From assembly GCA_963848295.1 (NCBI GenBank), contig CAWKDB010000002.1:608001-672000 (forward strand): a stretch of DNA of 64,000 nucleotides, read 5' to 3'. Shown here piece by piece: positions 42,633-56,972 of this stretch (within the stretch, counting starts at the first letter, position 1; each line of letters begins with the position of its first letter). A program made the translations under genes and the position numbers. The DNA is from an uncultured delta proteobacterium. GTDB lineage: Bacteria; Myxococcota_A; Polyangia; Haliangiales; Haliangiaceae. The notes under the pieces were generated by a model. It was not told the DNA's origin and ran no database searches. It saw only the letters and a list, made by a program, of their open reading frames with translations.

Positions 42633-43674
42633 GAGCGTCCGCGTCTACGTCGGGTCGTTCCCATCGAAGCGCGACGCCGAGCACGCGGACCAGCAGCACC
42701 GCGTCACGCAGCGCGGGATCCGGGAGGGCGACCTACCGCCAGCCGTGGACCACACCCGCACGCTCGGCGACGCGCTGGACGCGTGGCTGCGCGCGATCAA
42801 GGACCAGCGCTCGCACGACGAGTACGCCGATCGCATGCGCCTGTACGTGCGGCCCGAGTTCGACAGCACGCCGGTCGTGAAGATCACGAAGTCGAAGCTC
42901 CTCGAGCTGCGCAGCGACCTGCGCGAGCGCGAGGTGCCGTTGGCGCCCAAGACCGTCAACGGCGTCTTCGCGACGCTCTCCGCGGCGTTCAACTACTTCA
43001 TCGAGCAAGGCTGGTGCAGCGACAACCCGACCAAGTTCATCAAGCAGCTCCCGGTCACCCAGCACCCGTTCCTCTGGCTCCAGTCCGCCGGCGAGGTGCA
43101 GAAGCTGCTCGGCGAGTGCAACGACAACATCCGCAACCTGGTGGCGGTGCTGGTCGGCACCGGCATGCGCCTGGACGAAGCGCTGCACCTGCACTGGACC
43201 GACATCGACCTGCAGCACCGCGTGATCCACGTGCACCGCGGCCGCCGTGGCGCGCCCAAGTCCGGCCGCCTGCGCCACGTCCCGATCTTCGACTCCGTGC
43301 TGACCGTGCTGCGCGAGATGAAGCTCGCGAAGGGCACGAACACCCTGCTCTGGCCCGGCGCGAGGCGCGACAAGCTCGGCGACCAGCTTCCCCGCAACAA
43401 GACGAGCGTCTTCTACCCGTTCAAGGCCGCCGTCGAGCGCGCCGGCCTCTCGAAGAAGTTCCGCCTCCACGACCTCCGCCACACCTTCGCCGGCCTGTTC
43501 CTCGCGTCCGGCGGCGACATCTTCAAGCTCTCGAAGATCCTCGGCCACTCCAGCGTCGCGATCACGCAGCAGGTCTACGCGCACCTCCACCCGGACGCGT
43601 TCGCCGAGGACTACAGCCGCGTCTCGTTCGCGATGCCCGAGAAGTCCGGCGTCGTCTTGAAGCTCCGAGCCTAG
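42559..43674 (+). CDS. Tyrosine recombinase / phage-type integrase
   Basis: TGMRLDE (R), PKSG (K), HDLRH (HxxR), LGH, VYAH (Y); N-terminal arm-binding-like domain. Confidence 0.95.
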   Translation: MIKVHVGTDGTKSFQVYGRSRVRDKSVRVYVGSFPSKRDAEHADQQHRVTQRGIREGDLPPAVDHTRTLGDALDAWLRAIKDQRSHDEYADRMRLYVRPEFDSTPVVKITKSKLLELRSDLREREVPLAPKTVNGVFATLSAAFNYFIEQGWCSDNPTKFIKQLPVTQHPFLWLQSAGEVQKLLGECNDNIRNLVAVLVGTGMRLDEALHLHWTDIDLQHRVIHVHRGRRGAPKSGRLRHVPIFDSVLTVLREMKLAKGTNTLLWPGARRDKLGDQLPRNKTSVFYPFKAAVERAGLSKKFRLHDLRHTFAGLFLASGGDIFKLSKILGHSSVAITQQVYAHLHPDAFAEDYSRVSFAMPEKSGVVLKLRA

Positions 43675-43784
43675 CTGCCGTCTGTCCCCCGAGATCGTTC
43701 CATCGCAGCTGCGTGCTGATCGCCGTCGGCAACACAGGTAACTTCCGTGCCAGTGTCACAGCGCTCGTGTAACTATCTCCGGGG

Positions 43785-46685
43785 ATGTCGGACCAGATCG
43801 TCAGCGATCTCGAAGGCTTCGGTGCAACGCGCACCCAGCTGATCGATCTCGCGCGCGAGCATGGTCCGAGGTCGCTGCCCTACCTCGACCTCGCGCGCGC
43901 CACGACCGACGGACGGCCGCCAGTCGTGTTCGAAGTTCAGGGCCAACCGCGAGCCTATGTCTTCGATGCTCGCGGCGAGAGCGAGAACGTGACTAGGTGG
44001 GTGCGGCGCATCGCGTTTCGCGGTGACGCCGATTGGGTCGCCGTGCTCCGCGCAGGTCGTCTCGACGTGTTCCGCGCATCGCTCGGCGGCGACGCGCCGC
44101 TTCCCTTCTCGGGACTACCGCAGGGCCCCTTCTTGTTCCCGGCGCTCCTACACGCTCGGTGTCCGCGCGACGTGTCGAGCGTGCGCGTGGCCTTGCTCGC
44201 GCTCCTCCGCCGTTCGATCACGGGCGCACGTGCGAGCGGCATGAATGCCCGAGACGCGCTCTCGCTGGTGGGCCGCGCGTTGTTCTGGCGGTTCCTCGTC
44301 GACCGCGATCTTCTCGCAGGCTTGGATCCAGCCGACGTCGCGCCGCGCGCGAAGAGCTGGGAGGGTTGCCTCGACAACAAGACGAATGCGCTCGCGACGT
44401 TCGATTGGCTCGACACGACGTTCAACGGCGGGCTGCTCGGGTTCACCAGCTCGGGAACGCCCGGGCGGGTCAAAGCCGAGGTCTACGAGAGTGTGGTCGG
44501 CAACATTGCGCACGCCGCGACGGCCGATGGCCAGCTTCAGCTGAAGCTCCCGACGGAATGGCGCGAAGTGAACTTTGCCCACGTCCCGGTCGGCTTGCTC
44601 AGCGAGGTCTACGAGGCGTACGCGCACGAGGAGTACACGGAGCAAGCAAAGGCTCAGAGCGTGTTCTACACGCCACGCCACATCGCCGACTTCGTTGTCG
44701 ACGAGGCGCTCGCTGCGATCGATGACGTCGCCCAGCCACGCGTTCTCGATCCCGCATGCGGAGCGGGCGTCTTCCTCGTCACCGCGTTTCGTGCGCTGGT
44801 CGCGCGCGAATGGCACCGGAGCGGAAAGCAGCCGTCGCGCGCCGTGGTGCGGCGCATCCTCAACAAGCAACTCGTTGGCTTCGACATCAACGACGATGCA
44901 CTCCGCTTGTCCGAGCTGGCGCTCTACCTGACGGCAATCGAGCTCGATCCCGAGACCCGACCGCGACCCTTAAGCCTGCTGCGATTCGAGGAGTTGCGGG
45001 ACCGCGTGCTGTTCTTGCGCGAGGACGATCACGGAAGCCTCGGTCCCGTGGACGATCGATTTCGCGCGAAGTTCGATCTTGTCGTCGGGAACCCACCCTG
45101 GACTGCGAAAGCAACCGCTCCAGAGAAACGCGCATGGGTTGCCGCGAGTCAGGACGTGCTGCGCGAACGACTCGGCGAAGAGCGAGCCGCAACATTCGAC
45201 TTCCCTGATACCAATCCCGACCTTCCCTTTGTCTACCGTGCGATCGCGTGGGCGGCACCGGGTGGCTCGATCGCGCTCGTCACGCACGCTCGTTGGTTGT
45301 TCGGACAGAGCCCGCGCGCGACATCGGCGCGACGCGATCTACTGCAGTCGGTCCATGTCACGGGCCTGCTCAACGGAACTGCACTCCGAGACTCGAACGT
45401 CTGGCCGAACGTGCGCCATCCGTTCTGCTTGCTGTTCGCCGTCAACGAACCGCCACCGCCGGCCGCCTCGCTCCAGTTCATCAGCCCGGATCTCGAACGC
45501 ACACCGGATCGACTCCAGGATCACATTCGCATCGACTGGAACGATGCACGCGACGTCGCCATCGCCGACATCATCAAGCGACCGTGGTCGCTGAAGGCAC
45601 TGTTTCGAGGAAGCTCGATCGACGAGTCGATCCTCGCCGACGTGCATCAGCGCGGTGTCTCGCTGTCGGAATACTTCGAGACCTTGGGAACCAAGCTGAG
45701 AAACGGCTATCAGGTTGGAGGCAAGGCCGGTCGCCAGCTCTCGGCGAAACACTTGGCGGGACTCCCTGACTTGAAGGGAAGCGCTCCAGGCTTCTTTGTC
45801 GCTGTCGATTCCTTGCCACGATTCTCCCGCAAGACGCTGTTATTCCCGAGAGAGCGACACGCCTATGAAGCGCCTCTCCTCATTCATGAATCGATGCGAG
45901 CCGATCCGATGGCACCGCGGGCGATCGTCGCCCTCCAGGATGTTGCCTACGACGAGCGGTTCAGCGGCGCGTCGTTCGCGGGGGTTGAGAACGGAGAACA
46001 ACTCGCCGAGTACCTTCAACTCGTTGTCCAATCATCTCTATTCACGCACATCGCCCTGTTCCTCGATGGCCAGTTCGGCGTCGAGCGAGAGGTAGTGCAC
46101 AAGGAAACGATCGACGCCGTACCGGTCGTGCCGTGGTCGCGACTCGCTCGCACTCTACGCACACGGTCATCATCACTGTCCCAACGACTACGGGGAGGCA
46201 TCTCGGTGGAGTTGCTTGCCGACATCGACACGTTCGTCGCCGACGTGTTCGAGCTGAGCGACGTCCAGCGCGACGCGATCATCGACACCCTTTCCGTTTC
46301 GCTGCCAACGGCAGCGTCGAAGAGCAACGCGACGCGTGGCACGAACGATAGCGACCGTAAGCTCTTCATGGAGACCTGCGAGACCGAGCTCTTTGACCTG
46401 CTCGACGCGCAGGTCACCGTGTCCTCGGCGAGGATCGCGGGTGATGGGCCCTGGAGATTCATCAATGTGGTCCTGGCAACTGGCGACAAGACCGCGATTG
46501 GGATCTCGGCGGTCGATGCAAGGCACATCGTCGCGATCGCCGACGATGGAGCGGCCTCGTTGATCAAGATCCAGACCGGCGAGCGAGCCTTCGTCATTGG
46601 TCTGCTCGATCAAGACCGGTACTGGACGAAGACACGTGCGCGCCTGCTCGCCTCGGCGCTCGTCTCAGAGAAGGTCGATGGCTAA
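43785..46685 (+). CDS. Large N6-adenine DNA methyltransferase (HsdM/type IIG-like) with C-terminal TRD-like region
   Basis: LLSEVYE, FYTP, VLDPACGAGVFL, GFDI, VGNPPW. Confidence 0.9.
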   Translation: MSDQIVSDLEGFGATRTQLIDLAREHGPRSLPYLDLARATTDGRPPVVFEVQGQPRAYVFDARGESENVTRWVRRIAFRGDADWVAVLRAGRLDVFRASLGGDAPLPFSGLPQGPFLFPALLHARCPRDVSSVRVALLALLRRSITGARASGMNARDALSLVGRALFWRFLVDRDLLAGLDPADVAPRAKSWEGCLDNKTNALATFDWLDTTFNGGLLGFTSSGTPGRVKAEVYESVVGNIAHAATADGQLQLKLPTEWREVNFAHVPVGLLSEVYEAYAHEEYTEQAKAQSVFYTPRHIADFVVDEALAAIDDVAQPRVLDPACGAGVFLVTAFRALVAREWHRSGKQPSRAVVRRILNKQLVGFDINDDALRLSELALYLTAIELDPETRPRPLSLLRFEELRDRVLFLREDDHGSLGPVDDRFRAKFDLVVGNPPWTAKATAPEKRAWVAASQDVLRERLGEERAATFDFPDTNPDLPFVYRAIAWAAPGGSIALVTHARWLFGQSPRATSARRDLLQSVHVTGLLNGTALRDSNVWPNVRHPFCLLFAVNEPPPPAASLQFISPDLERTPDRLQDHIRIDWNDARDVAIADIIKRPWSLKALFRGSSIDESILADVHQRGVSLSEYFETLGTKLRNGYQVGGKAGRQLSAKHLAGLPDLKGSAPGFFVAVDSLPRFSRKTLLFPRERHAYEAPLLIHESMRADPMAPRAIVALQDVAYDERFSGASFAGVENGEQLAEYLQLVVQSSLFTHIALFLDGQFGVEREVVHKETIDAVPVVPWSRLARTLRTRSSSLSQRLRGGISVELLADIDTFVADVFELSDVQRDAIIDTLSVSLPTAASKSNATRGTNDSDRKLFMETCETELFDLLDAQVTVSSARIAGDGPWRFINVVLATGDKTAIGISAVDARHIVAIADDGAASLIKIQTGERAFVIGLLDQDRYWTKTRARLLASALVSEKVDG

Positions 46686-47453
46686 CGGTCGGCGCCGTCG
46701 GCTCTCGGTTCGAGCGCAGCAGATCCTCTCGGAACCGGACATCTCCGAGGTGCGCAAGCGCGCCGTCGAACGTGCCCTCCGGTGGGCCTGGAGAGAGGTC
46801 GGACAGCGCTGGCCTACGATCGCGAAGACCGGAAGCGAGGAGCAGGTCACCGCGAAGATGCATCGCGTTCTGAACGAGCACACGCCCACTCATCGTCGTG
46901 CTGCGCCCGGGCTTCATTCCTTCGAGACCGTGAACCGCGGTTCCAAGGTCGAGGCGGCTGACGCTCGGATCGAGCTGATGCCGACCTCGTGTTCCGTCCG
47001 CCGCTCCCCGTAGGCGTCCGCAACCGCGGCGACTGGGGATACTTCGTCGAGTGCAAGATCGTGGACGGAGCGGCATCGATCGGCCTGTACTGCACGCAGG
47101 GTGTCGAGCGCTTCACGAGCGGCGCGTACGCAGCTTGGATGCCCAGCGGCGGGATGCTCGCGTACGTGCGCGACGGAACGCGTCCCTTTGCCTCGTTGAA
47201 GGCTCGATTCGCAAAGGGCTATTCGACCCAGCATCACCTTCACCGATCTGCCGACACCAGCGATTCGATGCACGGGCGCGGCGCACTACCGACACCGTGC
47301 GTCGACATCGCGCTCGTGCACCTGTGGCTGTCCACGAGCTGGCCCTCGCCGTCCGACTGGAGCGCCCGCGTGAGCGGATGGGCCGCCGTCCACGGGCGCC
47401 CACCAATTCTGGTAGCGATCGGTGCCAACGAGGCCGACGGACAGGCGTCGTAG
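46678..47453 (+). CDS. Putative PD-(D/E)xK nuclease; frameshift near 46982
   Basis: ATG overlaps the methylase stop region; restoring one base gives MPDLVFRPP...YFVECKIV, followed by Y...GV.RF.SG.YA. Confidence 0.6.
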
Positions 47454-47499
47454 CCTAGGCGCACGGTCCTACGTAGCCGGCGCGAGGTCTGGGCAACCG

Positions 47500-48545
47500 T
47501 CTTTACCACCGCTCTTGGGGGTGTCGATCGTCGTGGGATCGCGCAAGTTGGCCCACTTCGACGCCGCGCTGGTCGGCTACACGTTCGCGACGCTTTTCGC
47601 GACGTTCGGGATCACCTACCGTTACGCGATGTGGCTCCAGAGGCCGCCGACGCGGATGTACTGGCGGCGCGGCTGGCAGGCGTTTCTGCGCCCTCGGCTC
47701 CTCGGCGCAACCTGGCGGCGCTCGGCCGCCGCGCTGGTCGTGCAGGTCGCCGCGAACCGTTTCATATTCCGGCGCGAGCGGCTCGCGCGGCGCTGGCGCA
47801 CTGGCTGATCATGTGGGGCTGCCTCCTGGCCGCCGCCATCACCTTTCCCCTCGTGTGGGGCTGGATTCACTTCGAGACCGCGCCCGGCACGTTCGACATG
47901 TACCGCACGTTCCTCTTCGGCTGCGCGGCCGGCGACTTCCGTGTCGACTCGGTGTCGGCGTTCATCGTTTTTCACGGCCTGGTCTGGTCGTCGTTCCTCG
48001 TGATCGGTGGCGTGATGTTGGCGTTCCGGCGCCGCATGCGCGATCACGGCGCCGCCGCCGTGCAGCAGTTCGGCGAGGACATCCTGCCGCTCGTTGCTGC
48101 TGTTTGCGATCAGCGTGACGGGGCTGATGCTGACCGCCAGCTACACGTGGATGAAGGGCTACGCCTACGACTTCCTGGCCATCCTGCACGCGATCACCGT
48201 CATCATGACGCTGCTCTGGCTGCCGTTCGGAAAGTTCTTTCACGTCTTTCAGCGCCCGGCCCAGCTCGGCGTCGCGCTTCTACAAGGACGGGGCGCGCGC
48301 AGCAGCAGGCGCGCTGCAGGCGGTGCGGCCGGCCGTTTGCGTCCGCGCTGATGGTCGCGCGACCTCGATCGCCGTGGAGCGCGAGCTCGGGTTCCGCTAC
48401 GAGCTCGGCCGAGGCGGCGCCGGGCACTACCAGGAGATCTGTCCCGCCTGCCGGCGCGCGCTGTTCGGCCTCGCCAAGGCAGGTGGCGCGCTGGGCAGCG
48501 GCGAGCGAATCGGCGCCAAATGGCGCAGCGCGCTGCGTGGCCTGA
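47500..48545 (+). pseudogene. Multi-TM membrane protein (NarI-like His-containing helices, C-terminal CxxC..CxxC); multiple frameshifts, ends approximate
   Basis: [49 protein letters not shown] across ORF fragments. Confidence 0.65.
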
Positions 48546-48579
48546 GCGCAGCGAGCTCGCTCCGAGAGAGAATGATTGA

Positions 48580-50859
<2,280 letters not shown>

Positions 50860-50863
50860 GCGC

Positions 50864-51549
50864 ATGCCGATGCCCGTGCCAGACCTGCGAGTTCTTCATC
50901 GACCCGAGCCGGTGCATCGGCTGCCAGGCGTGCGTGCAGGCGTGCAGCGAATGCGACACGCACCGGGGCCAGTCGATGATCCACCTGGAGTACGTCGACC
51001 GCGCGGAGAGCGGTGCAGACCGTGCCGGTCGTGTGCATGCACTGCGACCAGCCGACGTGCGCCGAGGTGTGCCCGGCCGACGCGATCAAGCGGACCGAGG
51101 ACGGCGTCGTGCAGTCGGCGCGCAAGCCGCGCTGCATCGCCTGCGGCAACTGCGTGCTGGCCTGCCCGTTCGGCGTGCCGGAGGTCTACGTCGACGCAGC
51201 AGCTCATGATGAAGTGCGACATGTGCTACGACCGCTCCGCGTCGGCAAGAAGCCGATGTGCGCGACGGTCTGCCCGAGCCAGGCGCTGTTCTTCGGCACG
51301 CGCGAGGAGATCGAACAGCTGCGGCCCGCCTCCGCGCCGGTGAACGAGTTCCAGTTCGGCGCGCAGACGATCACGACCGGGTGCGTGATGATGACGCCCG
51401 GAACGTCGCCAGCCGCGCGCCCGTGGTGGACGTGACGGCCGCGATGAGCGAACAGGCGCGGCCGCGGGCGATCTCGTTCAAGGTCGTGGCGCCGTCGGGC
51501 GACCGACGACGGGCCGGACCCGTACGCGGACGTGAAGGTGGAGGAATGA
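50864..51549 (+). pseudogene. 4Fe-4S dicluster electron-transfer subunit; frameshifted
   Basis: [44 protein letters not shown]. Confidence 0.85.
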
Positions 51550-52105
51550 GCGTGAGCCGCACCGACCTCGACGTGCACGAGACCATCACGGTCGCCCCGG
51601 ACGGCCGGCCCATGCACGAGCAGCCCGCGTGGCGCCGGGACTTCCCCATCGACTGGGCGCGGGACCACTACGTCGAGCGCCGCGAGTTGATGAAGTTCCT
51701 CGTGCTGACGAGCCTCGCTTTCCGTCCGGCCAATTCTGGATTGGCGCGCGCGAGTGGCTGGCGCCGCCGGCGCCCGCGGACGCGCGCCGGATTGCGGCGG
51801 TCGCCGACCTCGCGATCGGCGGGGCGCTCGTCTTCCACTACCCGTCGGCGGACGATCCGTGCGTGCTCGTCCGGCTGGCCGAGGACCGGTTCGTCGCCTA
51901 CAATCAGCGCTGCACCCACCTGTCCTGCGCGGTGATCCCGCGGGGAGCTCGGCCAGGCCTCCGCTGCCCCTGTCATCACGGCGTCTTCGACTTGCAGTCC
52001 GGACGGCCGCTCGCCGGACCGCCGCGGCGTCCGCTGCCGCGGATCGCGCTCGACGTCCGCGGAGGCGCCATCTACGCCACCGGCGTCGCCCGAAGCGCGG
52101 TGTGA
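51546..52105 (+). pseudogene. Rieske 2Fe-2S protein with twin-arginine-like segment; frameshift near 51720
   Basis: ERRELMKFL; CTHLSC, CPCHHG. Confidence 0.85.
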
Positions 52106-52106
52106 C

Positions 52107-52342
52107 ATGCCGACCGCCCCTCGCTCAGCCGCGCGCAGCGCACGACCATCGTCTCGGGCATGGTGGCGTTCGTGCTGATCATCCTCGTGCTGCAGCTCTG
52201 GCTGCTCACGGCCACGATGAACGCGTATCTCGGCGGCGACACGAGCGTGATCTGGCCGGCGGCGCTCGCGAGCCTCGGCTGCCTGCTGCTCAACGCCGGC
52301 CTGCTTCGCTACGTGCTGCGGCTCGAGGGCCGCCGGCGGTGA
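52107..52342 (+). CDS. Small two-TM protein (possibly DUF6755); start uncertain
   Basis: LQLWLLTATMNAYLGG..WPAA. Confidence 0.6.
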
Positions 52343-53439
52343 CGATGCGACGCCCGGGGCCGCGCCCGCGACGGCTCGGCCCTCGCCGGCCTCCATCCCG
52401 CCTACTTCGCGATGGTGATGGCCACCGGCATCGTGTCCATCGCCTCGCTGCTCGTCGGCTTCCGCGCGATCGCGGTCGCGCTCCTGCCGGCCAACGTCCT
52501 CTTCGCCATCGTCCTTGGCCGTGTTGACCGCCTGCGCGTGGTCCGGTATCCGCGGCGGGTCGCGGCCGATCTCGCCGACCACGGGCGCGCGGTCGGTTTC
52601 TTCACGCTGGTCGCCGCCACGAGCGTGCTCGGAAGCGAGCCAGACCCTGCTCCTCACCGGCGCGCGATCGATCGCGACATCGCTCTGGATCCTGGCGATC
52701 GTGTTCTGGGCGACGTTGACCTATACGGTGTTCACGGTCTTGACCGTCAAGCGGGTCAAGCCGACGCTGGCGGGAGGGATCAACGGCGGCTGGCTCGTGG
52801 CGGTGGTCGCGCCGCAGTCGATCGTCATTCTCGGCGCGCAACTCGCGGCCGGCTTCGGCGCGCACGCGCAGGCGGTGCTGTTCTTCTGCCTAGCATGTGG
52901 CTGGGCGCGGGGATGCTCTACATCTGGATCATCTCGCTCATCTTCTATCGCTACACGTTCTTCGTGCTCGAACCATCGGACCTGGCGCCGCCGTACTGGA
53001 TCAACATGGGCGCGGTGGCGATCTCGACCCTGGCGGGAAGCTTCCTCATCCTCGACGCCCCCCAGTCGCCGCTGCTGGCGCAACTGGTGCCGTTCCTAAG
53101 GGCTTCACGTTGCTCTTCTGGGCCACGGCGACGTGGTGGATTCCAATGCTGGTGATCCTCGGGGTCTGGCGCCACGGCGTCGCGCGGTTCCCCCTGCGCT
53201 ACGACCCGCTCTACTGGGGCGCCGTCTTCCCGCTCGGCATGTACACCGCCTGCACGTGGCGGCTGGCGCAGGCCATCGACGGTGCCCTCGCTCATGGCGA
53301 TTCCCCGCGTGTTCATCTTCGTCGCGCTGGCCGCGTGGTGCATCGTCGCGGCCGGCATGGCGTGGCACCTCCTCGGCCGGCCTCGTCTTGCAGCAAGTCG
53401 ATGAGGAATAGCCCGGCGTTTCTAGCAGTTCGATCGTGA
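52339..53439 (+). pseudogene. TDT/SLAC1 (tellurite-resistance/C4-dicarboxylate) transporter; frameshifted
   Basis: YFAMVMATGIVS, GFFT.VAAT, NGGWL..VVA.QS, PPYWINMGA.AIS, YWGAVFPLGMY. Confidence 0.85.
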
Positions 53440-53457
53440 CGGCGCGCTTGGCGTGTT

Positions 53458-55757
53458 TCAACCGGCGTTCGTCAGCCGCTCGACCGGTTCGCGCGCCGGG
53501 ATCTTTCCCGGTCGATTCCGGTTCGCGACCATGCGCAGCGCGAGGTAAAGGAGCGGCACGACCCCGCCGATGATGAAGACGACGTCTCCGGGTAACCGCA
53601 GCCACTCGAGGAGCGTACGTCGCCGCGAGCAAAGAACTCCGGGCTGCGGGCATGCCAGTATCCGTGACGAGCGCGTCGTGAAGCTGGAGCGCGCCGATCG
53701 GGAAGAGGTTGACGCAGACCATCCAGGCGAGACCACCATTGAGCGACCAGAATGACCACTTCATCGCCCGTTCGGTCCGCGCATCGCGCGGGACGAAGTA
53801 GGCGGCCACGAACATGAAGAAGCCGATGGCGAGCATGCCGTAGACGCCCATCATCGCCGCGTGGCCGTGGTTCGCGGTGAACTGAGTGCCGATCTCCCAG
53901 TAGCTGACGATCGGCAGGTTGATGAGGAACCCGAAGACGCCGGCGCCCACGAAGTTCCAAAAGCCCACGGCGGTCAGGAACATGACGGCCCACTTGTGCG
54001 GAAACCGCTCGTCGCGTGTGTCCATCGTTCGCTGGCCGGGGCTCCTCCCCCAGGCGCATGAACCGCCACGCTTCGAAGGTCAGGAGCACGAGCGGAACCA
54101 CCTCCATCGCCGAGAAGAACGCTCCGAGCGCCATGTGCATCGCCGGCGTCCCGCTGAAATAGAGGTGGTGCATCGTCCCGACCACGCCGCCGATCGAATA
54201 GAGGATGATCTCGAGATAGATAAGCCGCGTCGCCGACCGCTCGGGAACCATTCCGATCAGCACGAACATGTAGGCGACCGTCACCGTGGTGAAGATCTCG
54301 AGGAAGTCCTCGACCCAGAGATGAACGACCCAGAAGCGCCAGAAGTCGATCACCGCGAAGTGCGACTTCGGCCCGAAAAGCATTCCCACTCCGTAGAAGA
54401 GAGGGATGGAGAGTGCCGCATAGAGGAACAGCGACGGGAGGCTCCCGAGATGTTCTGCGCTCAGCTTGGAGCGAAGGCCTCTGAAGATGATGACGAGCCA
54501 CAGCACGAGCCCGGCGGTGAGGGCAATCTGCCAAAGCCGGCCCAGATCGAGATACTCCCAGCCTTGCGCCCCCACCCACCACGCCGTGGAGGGCGACCTA
54601 ATGATGCCTCGATAGCTCAGCGTCTCGCCGGCCAGCGAGCCCCCCACGACGACGATCAGCGCGCCGAACAGCAAGAGCGCGAGCGTGTCCTGGTGGCGCG
54701 GCTCCTTCCCGGCGATCATCGGCGCGATGAAGATCCCGATCGCCAGGTACGCGGTCGCGACGAAGAACAGCGCGAGCTGGAGATGCCAGGTCCGCGTCAG
54801 GTTGTACGGAAACCAAGACGCGACATCGAGCCCGAAGAAGGTCGTCGGATCTGCGTGGTAGTGAGCGTTGGCCCCGCCGCAGAGCGCTTGAAGTAGGAAC
54901 AAGCTGATGACGACCAGGAAATACCAGACCGTCGAGCGCTGCCCGGAGGTGAGCCCGACCTCGCCAGGCTGGCGGAAGATGATCGTCCGTGCGCCGTCCG
55001 GGGCCTCGTCCGGCCAGCCGAGATCACGGAAGCGCCCGAAGGCAAAGAGCGTCGCGCCGATTCCGCCGAGCAGCGCGATGAGCGAAAGGGTCGACCAGAG
55101 GATCGCGTCGGCGGTGAGGGTGTTCCCGATCTCCGGCGCGGGTGGCCAGTTGTTCGTATAGGAGTACGGTTTGTTGGGGCGGTTCGCCGTCGCGACCCAC
55201 GCGGACCAGGAAAAATACGCGACGAGCGCCGGGATCTCTTCCGGCGAGATGGTCGGGCGCCGCAGCCCGCGCTGGCTCTCGGCCGGGCCAAACCATTGGC
55301 GATAGTAGTCTCGGAGCTCGCGGAAGGCGGCAGCCTGCGCGGGCGTGAAGACGAGGACGTCCCGAGTCGCATCCCAGCGATTGGTCTTGAAGTCCTCGAG
55401 GACGCGCCGCGCGGGATTCGTGGCGGCGTTCGACGCGTAGAAGTGGCCCATCGCCTCGCGCGCGCGCTCGATGTAGTCGGCGGTGAAATCGGGACCGAGG
55501 TAGGCACCGTGGCCGAAGATCGTCCCGTACTCCATGAGGCCGTATTTCCCGAAGATCAGCTGCCCCGCAAAGACATCGTCTCCCGTGAAAAGAATGCTGC
55601 CATCCATGGCGACGGTCTTTCGGGCAACAGGCGGATGCTCGGCGTACACGCGGTAAGCGAGGTAGCCGAGGATGGCGAACCCGACTACGAACGTGAGAAG
55701 CGCCACCTGAATCCAGGTGGGCGAGACGGCGAGCGGGGACCGGGCGGGCTTGGCCAT
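53458..55757 (-). CDS. norB: Quinol-dependent nitric oxide reductase (qNor); frameshifts near 54030 and 53655
   Basis: G.IFGHGAYLGPDFTAD, YTNNWP, RTWH.QLA, VHLWVEDFLE, GTMHH, HGHAAMMGVYG, W.RLPGD. Confidence 0.9.
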
Positions 55758-55878
55758 CCGAGCCTTATATCCCGCGGGGCGATTGGTTCGGTGGCGCAAG
55801 TGCGATGGCCTCCGGAGCGGGTACTGCTGCTCCTCCCGCCCTCGAATGCGAGCTCGGCCCGTCGCGTGCATCGCATAG

Positions 55879-56460
55879 GTGTCGCGCCAAGCGAGGCACG
55901 AACCCCCTGTACACCGTCGGCCACTGGACGCGCACCGCCGGCGAGCTCGTCAAGGTCCTCCTAACGCGTACGCTGCGACGAGGCTGGTCGATATCCGCAG
56001 CATTCCACGCTCTCGGACCAACCCGCAGTTCAACCTTGACGTCCTGCCCGACACGCTCCACGCAGCGAAGATCAGCCACGTCGATCTCGCCGCGCTCGGT
56101 GGTCGCCGAGGCAAGAGCAAGAGCATCGAGAACGGGCGTCAACGCCGCTGGCTGGGAGCGGCAGCCATTTCACAACTACGCCGACTACGCCGAGACCGAG
56201 CCGTTTCACAGGAGGGCTCTCGAAGCGCAGCTCTCCGCGATGGCGGCGAACGAGACGTGCGCGATGATGTGTGCCGCAGGCGCTCCGGTGGCGCTGCCAC
56301 CGCCGGATCGTCCGCGGGTATCATGTGCTCGCGCGGGGAGTCCCGGTCTTCCACATCAGCACGCGCGCAACGAGCCGCGCCGGCCGTGATGACGCCGTTC
56401 GCGGTCGTGAGCAAGGCGGGCGGCGTCTCGTACCCCGCGCCCGCCGGGACGGACACCGCG
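55879..56460 (+). pseudogene. DUF488-family protein; frameshifted
   Basis: YTVGH, LVDIRSIP.SR.NPQFN, LGGRR, FHNYADY, CHRRI. Confidence 0.8.
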
Positions 56461-56618
56461 AGTCGTGCCATCCCCCCCCGGCGCGGCGCATCACCGAAGC
56501 GACGCGCCCCCGCTCCGCCGAGACGGCGATTGCCTGCACGAAATAGATCTCGAACACCTTCGCCCACGGCTGTGCTTGGCATCGTGTTGCTCGCCCATAT
56601 GCGAGCAGGAGGTTCCAG

Positions 56619-56972
56619 ATGACCGACGGCATCTATCCAGCTCCGACCCAAGACCTGTCCCGCATGCGAAGCGAAGCCTCGGCGCCTGACACCGACGCTG
56701 CGTTCCGCGCGTTTTCGAAGCAGGTCTTCGCAGAAGGTGCGCTGTCCGCGAAGACCAAGACATTTTATCGCGGTGGCGGTCGCGCACGTCACGCAGTGCC
56801 CGTACTGCATTCGCGGCCATACGAAAGCCGCGCTACGTGCCGGCGCGACGCCGCAGGAGCTGATGGATGCGATCCGGGTGGCCGCGGAGATGCGCGCCGG
56901 CGGTGCTTCGCGCACGCGACGATCGCGCTCGCAGAGATCGAGGCAGAGCAGCCGCCGCACGAGCACGGATAG
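56619..56972 (+). pseudogene. Carboxymuconolactone decarboxylase/AhpD-family protein; frameshifted
   Basis: F..GALS.KTK, IAVAVAHVTQCPYCI.GH...A...GAT..E. Confidence 0.85.

Noticed and set aside
56577..56591. sigma54 promoter TGGCATCGTGTTGCT before the AhpD-like gene
   Set aside because: The GG-GC spacing is 9 rather than 10 nt. It would only be valid if a base is missing in this error-prone region.
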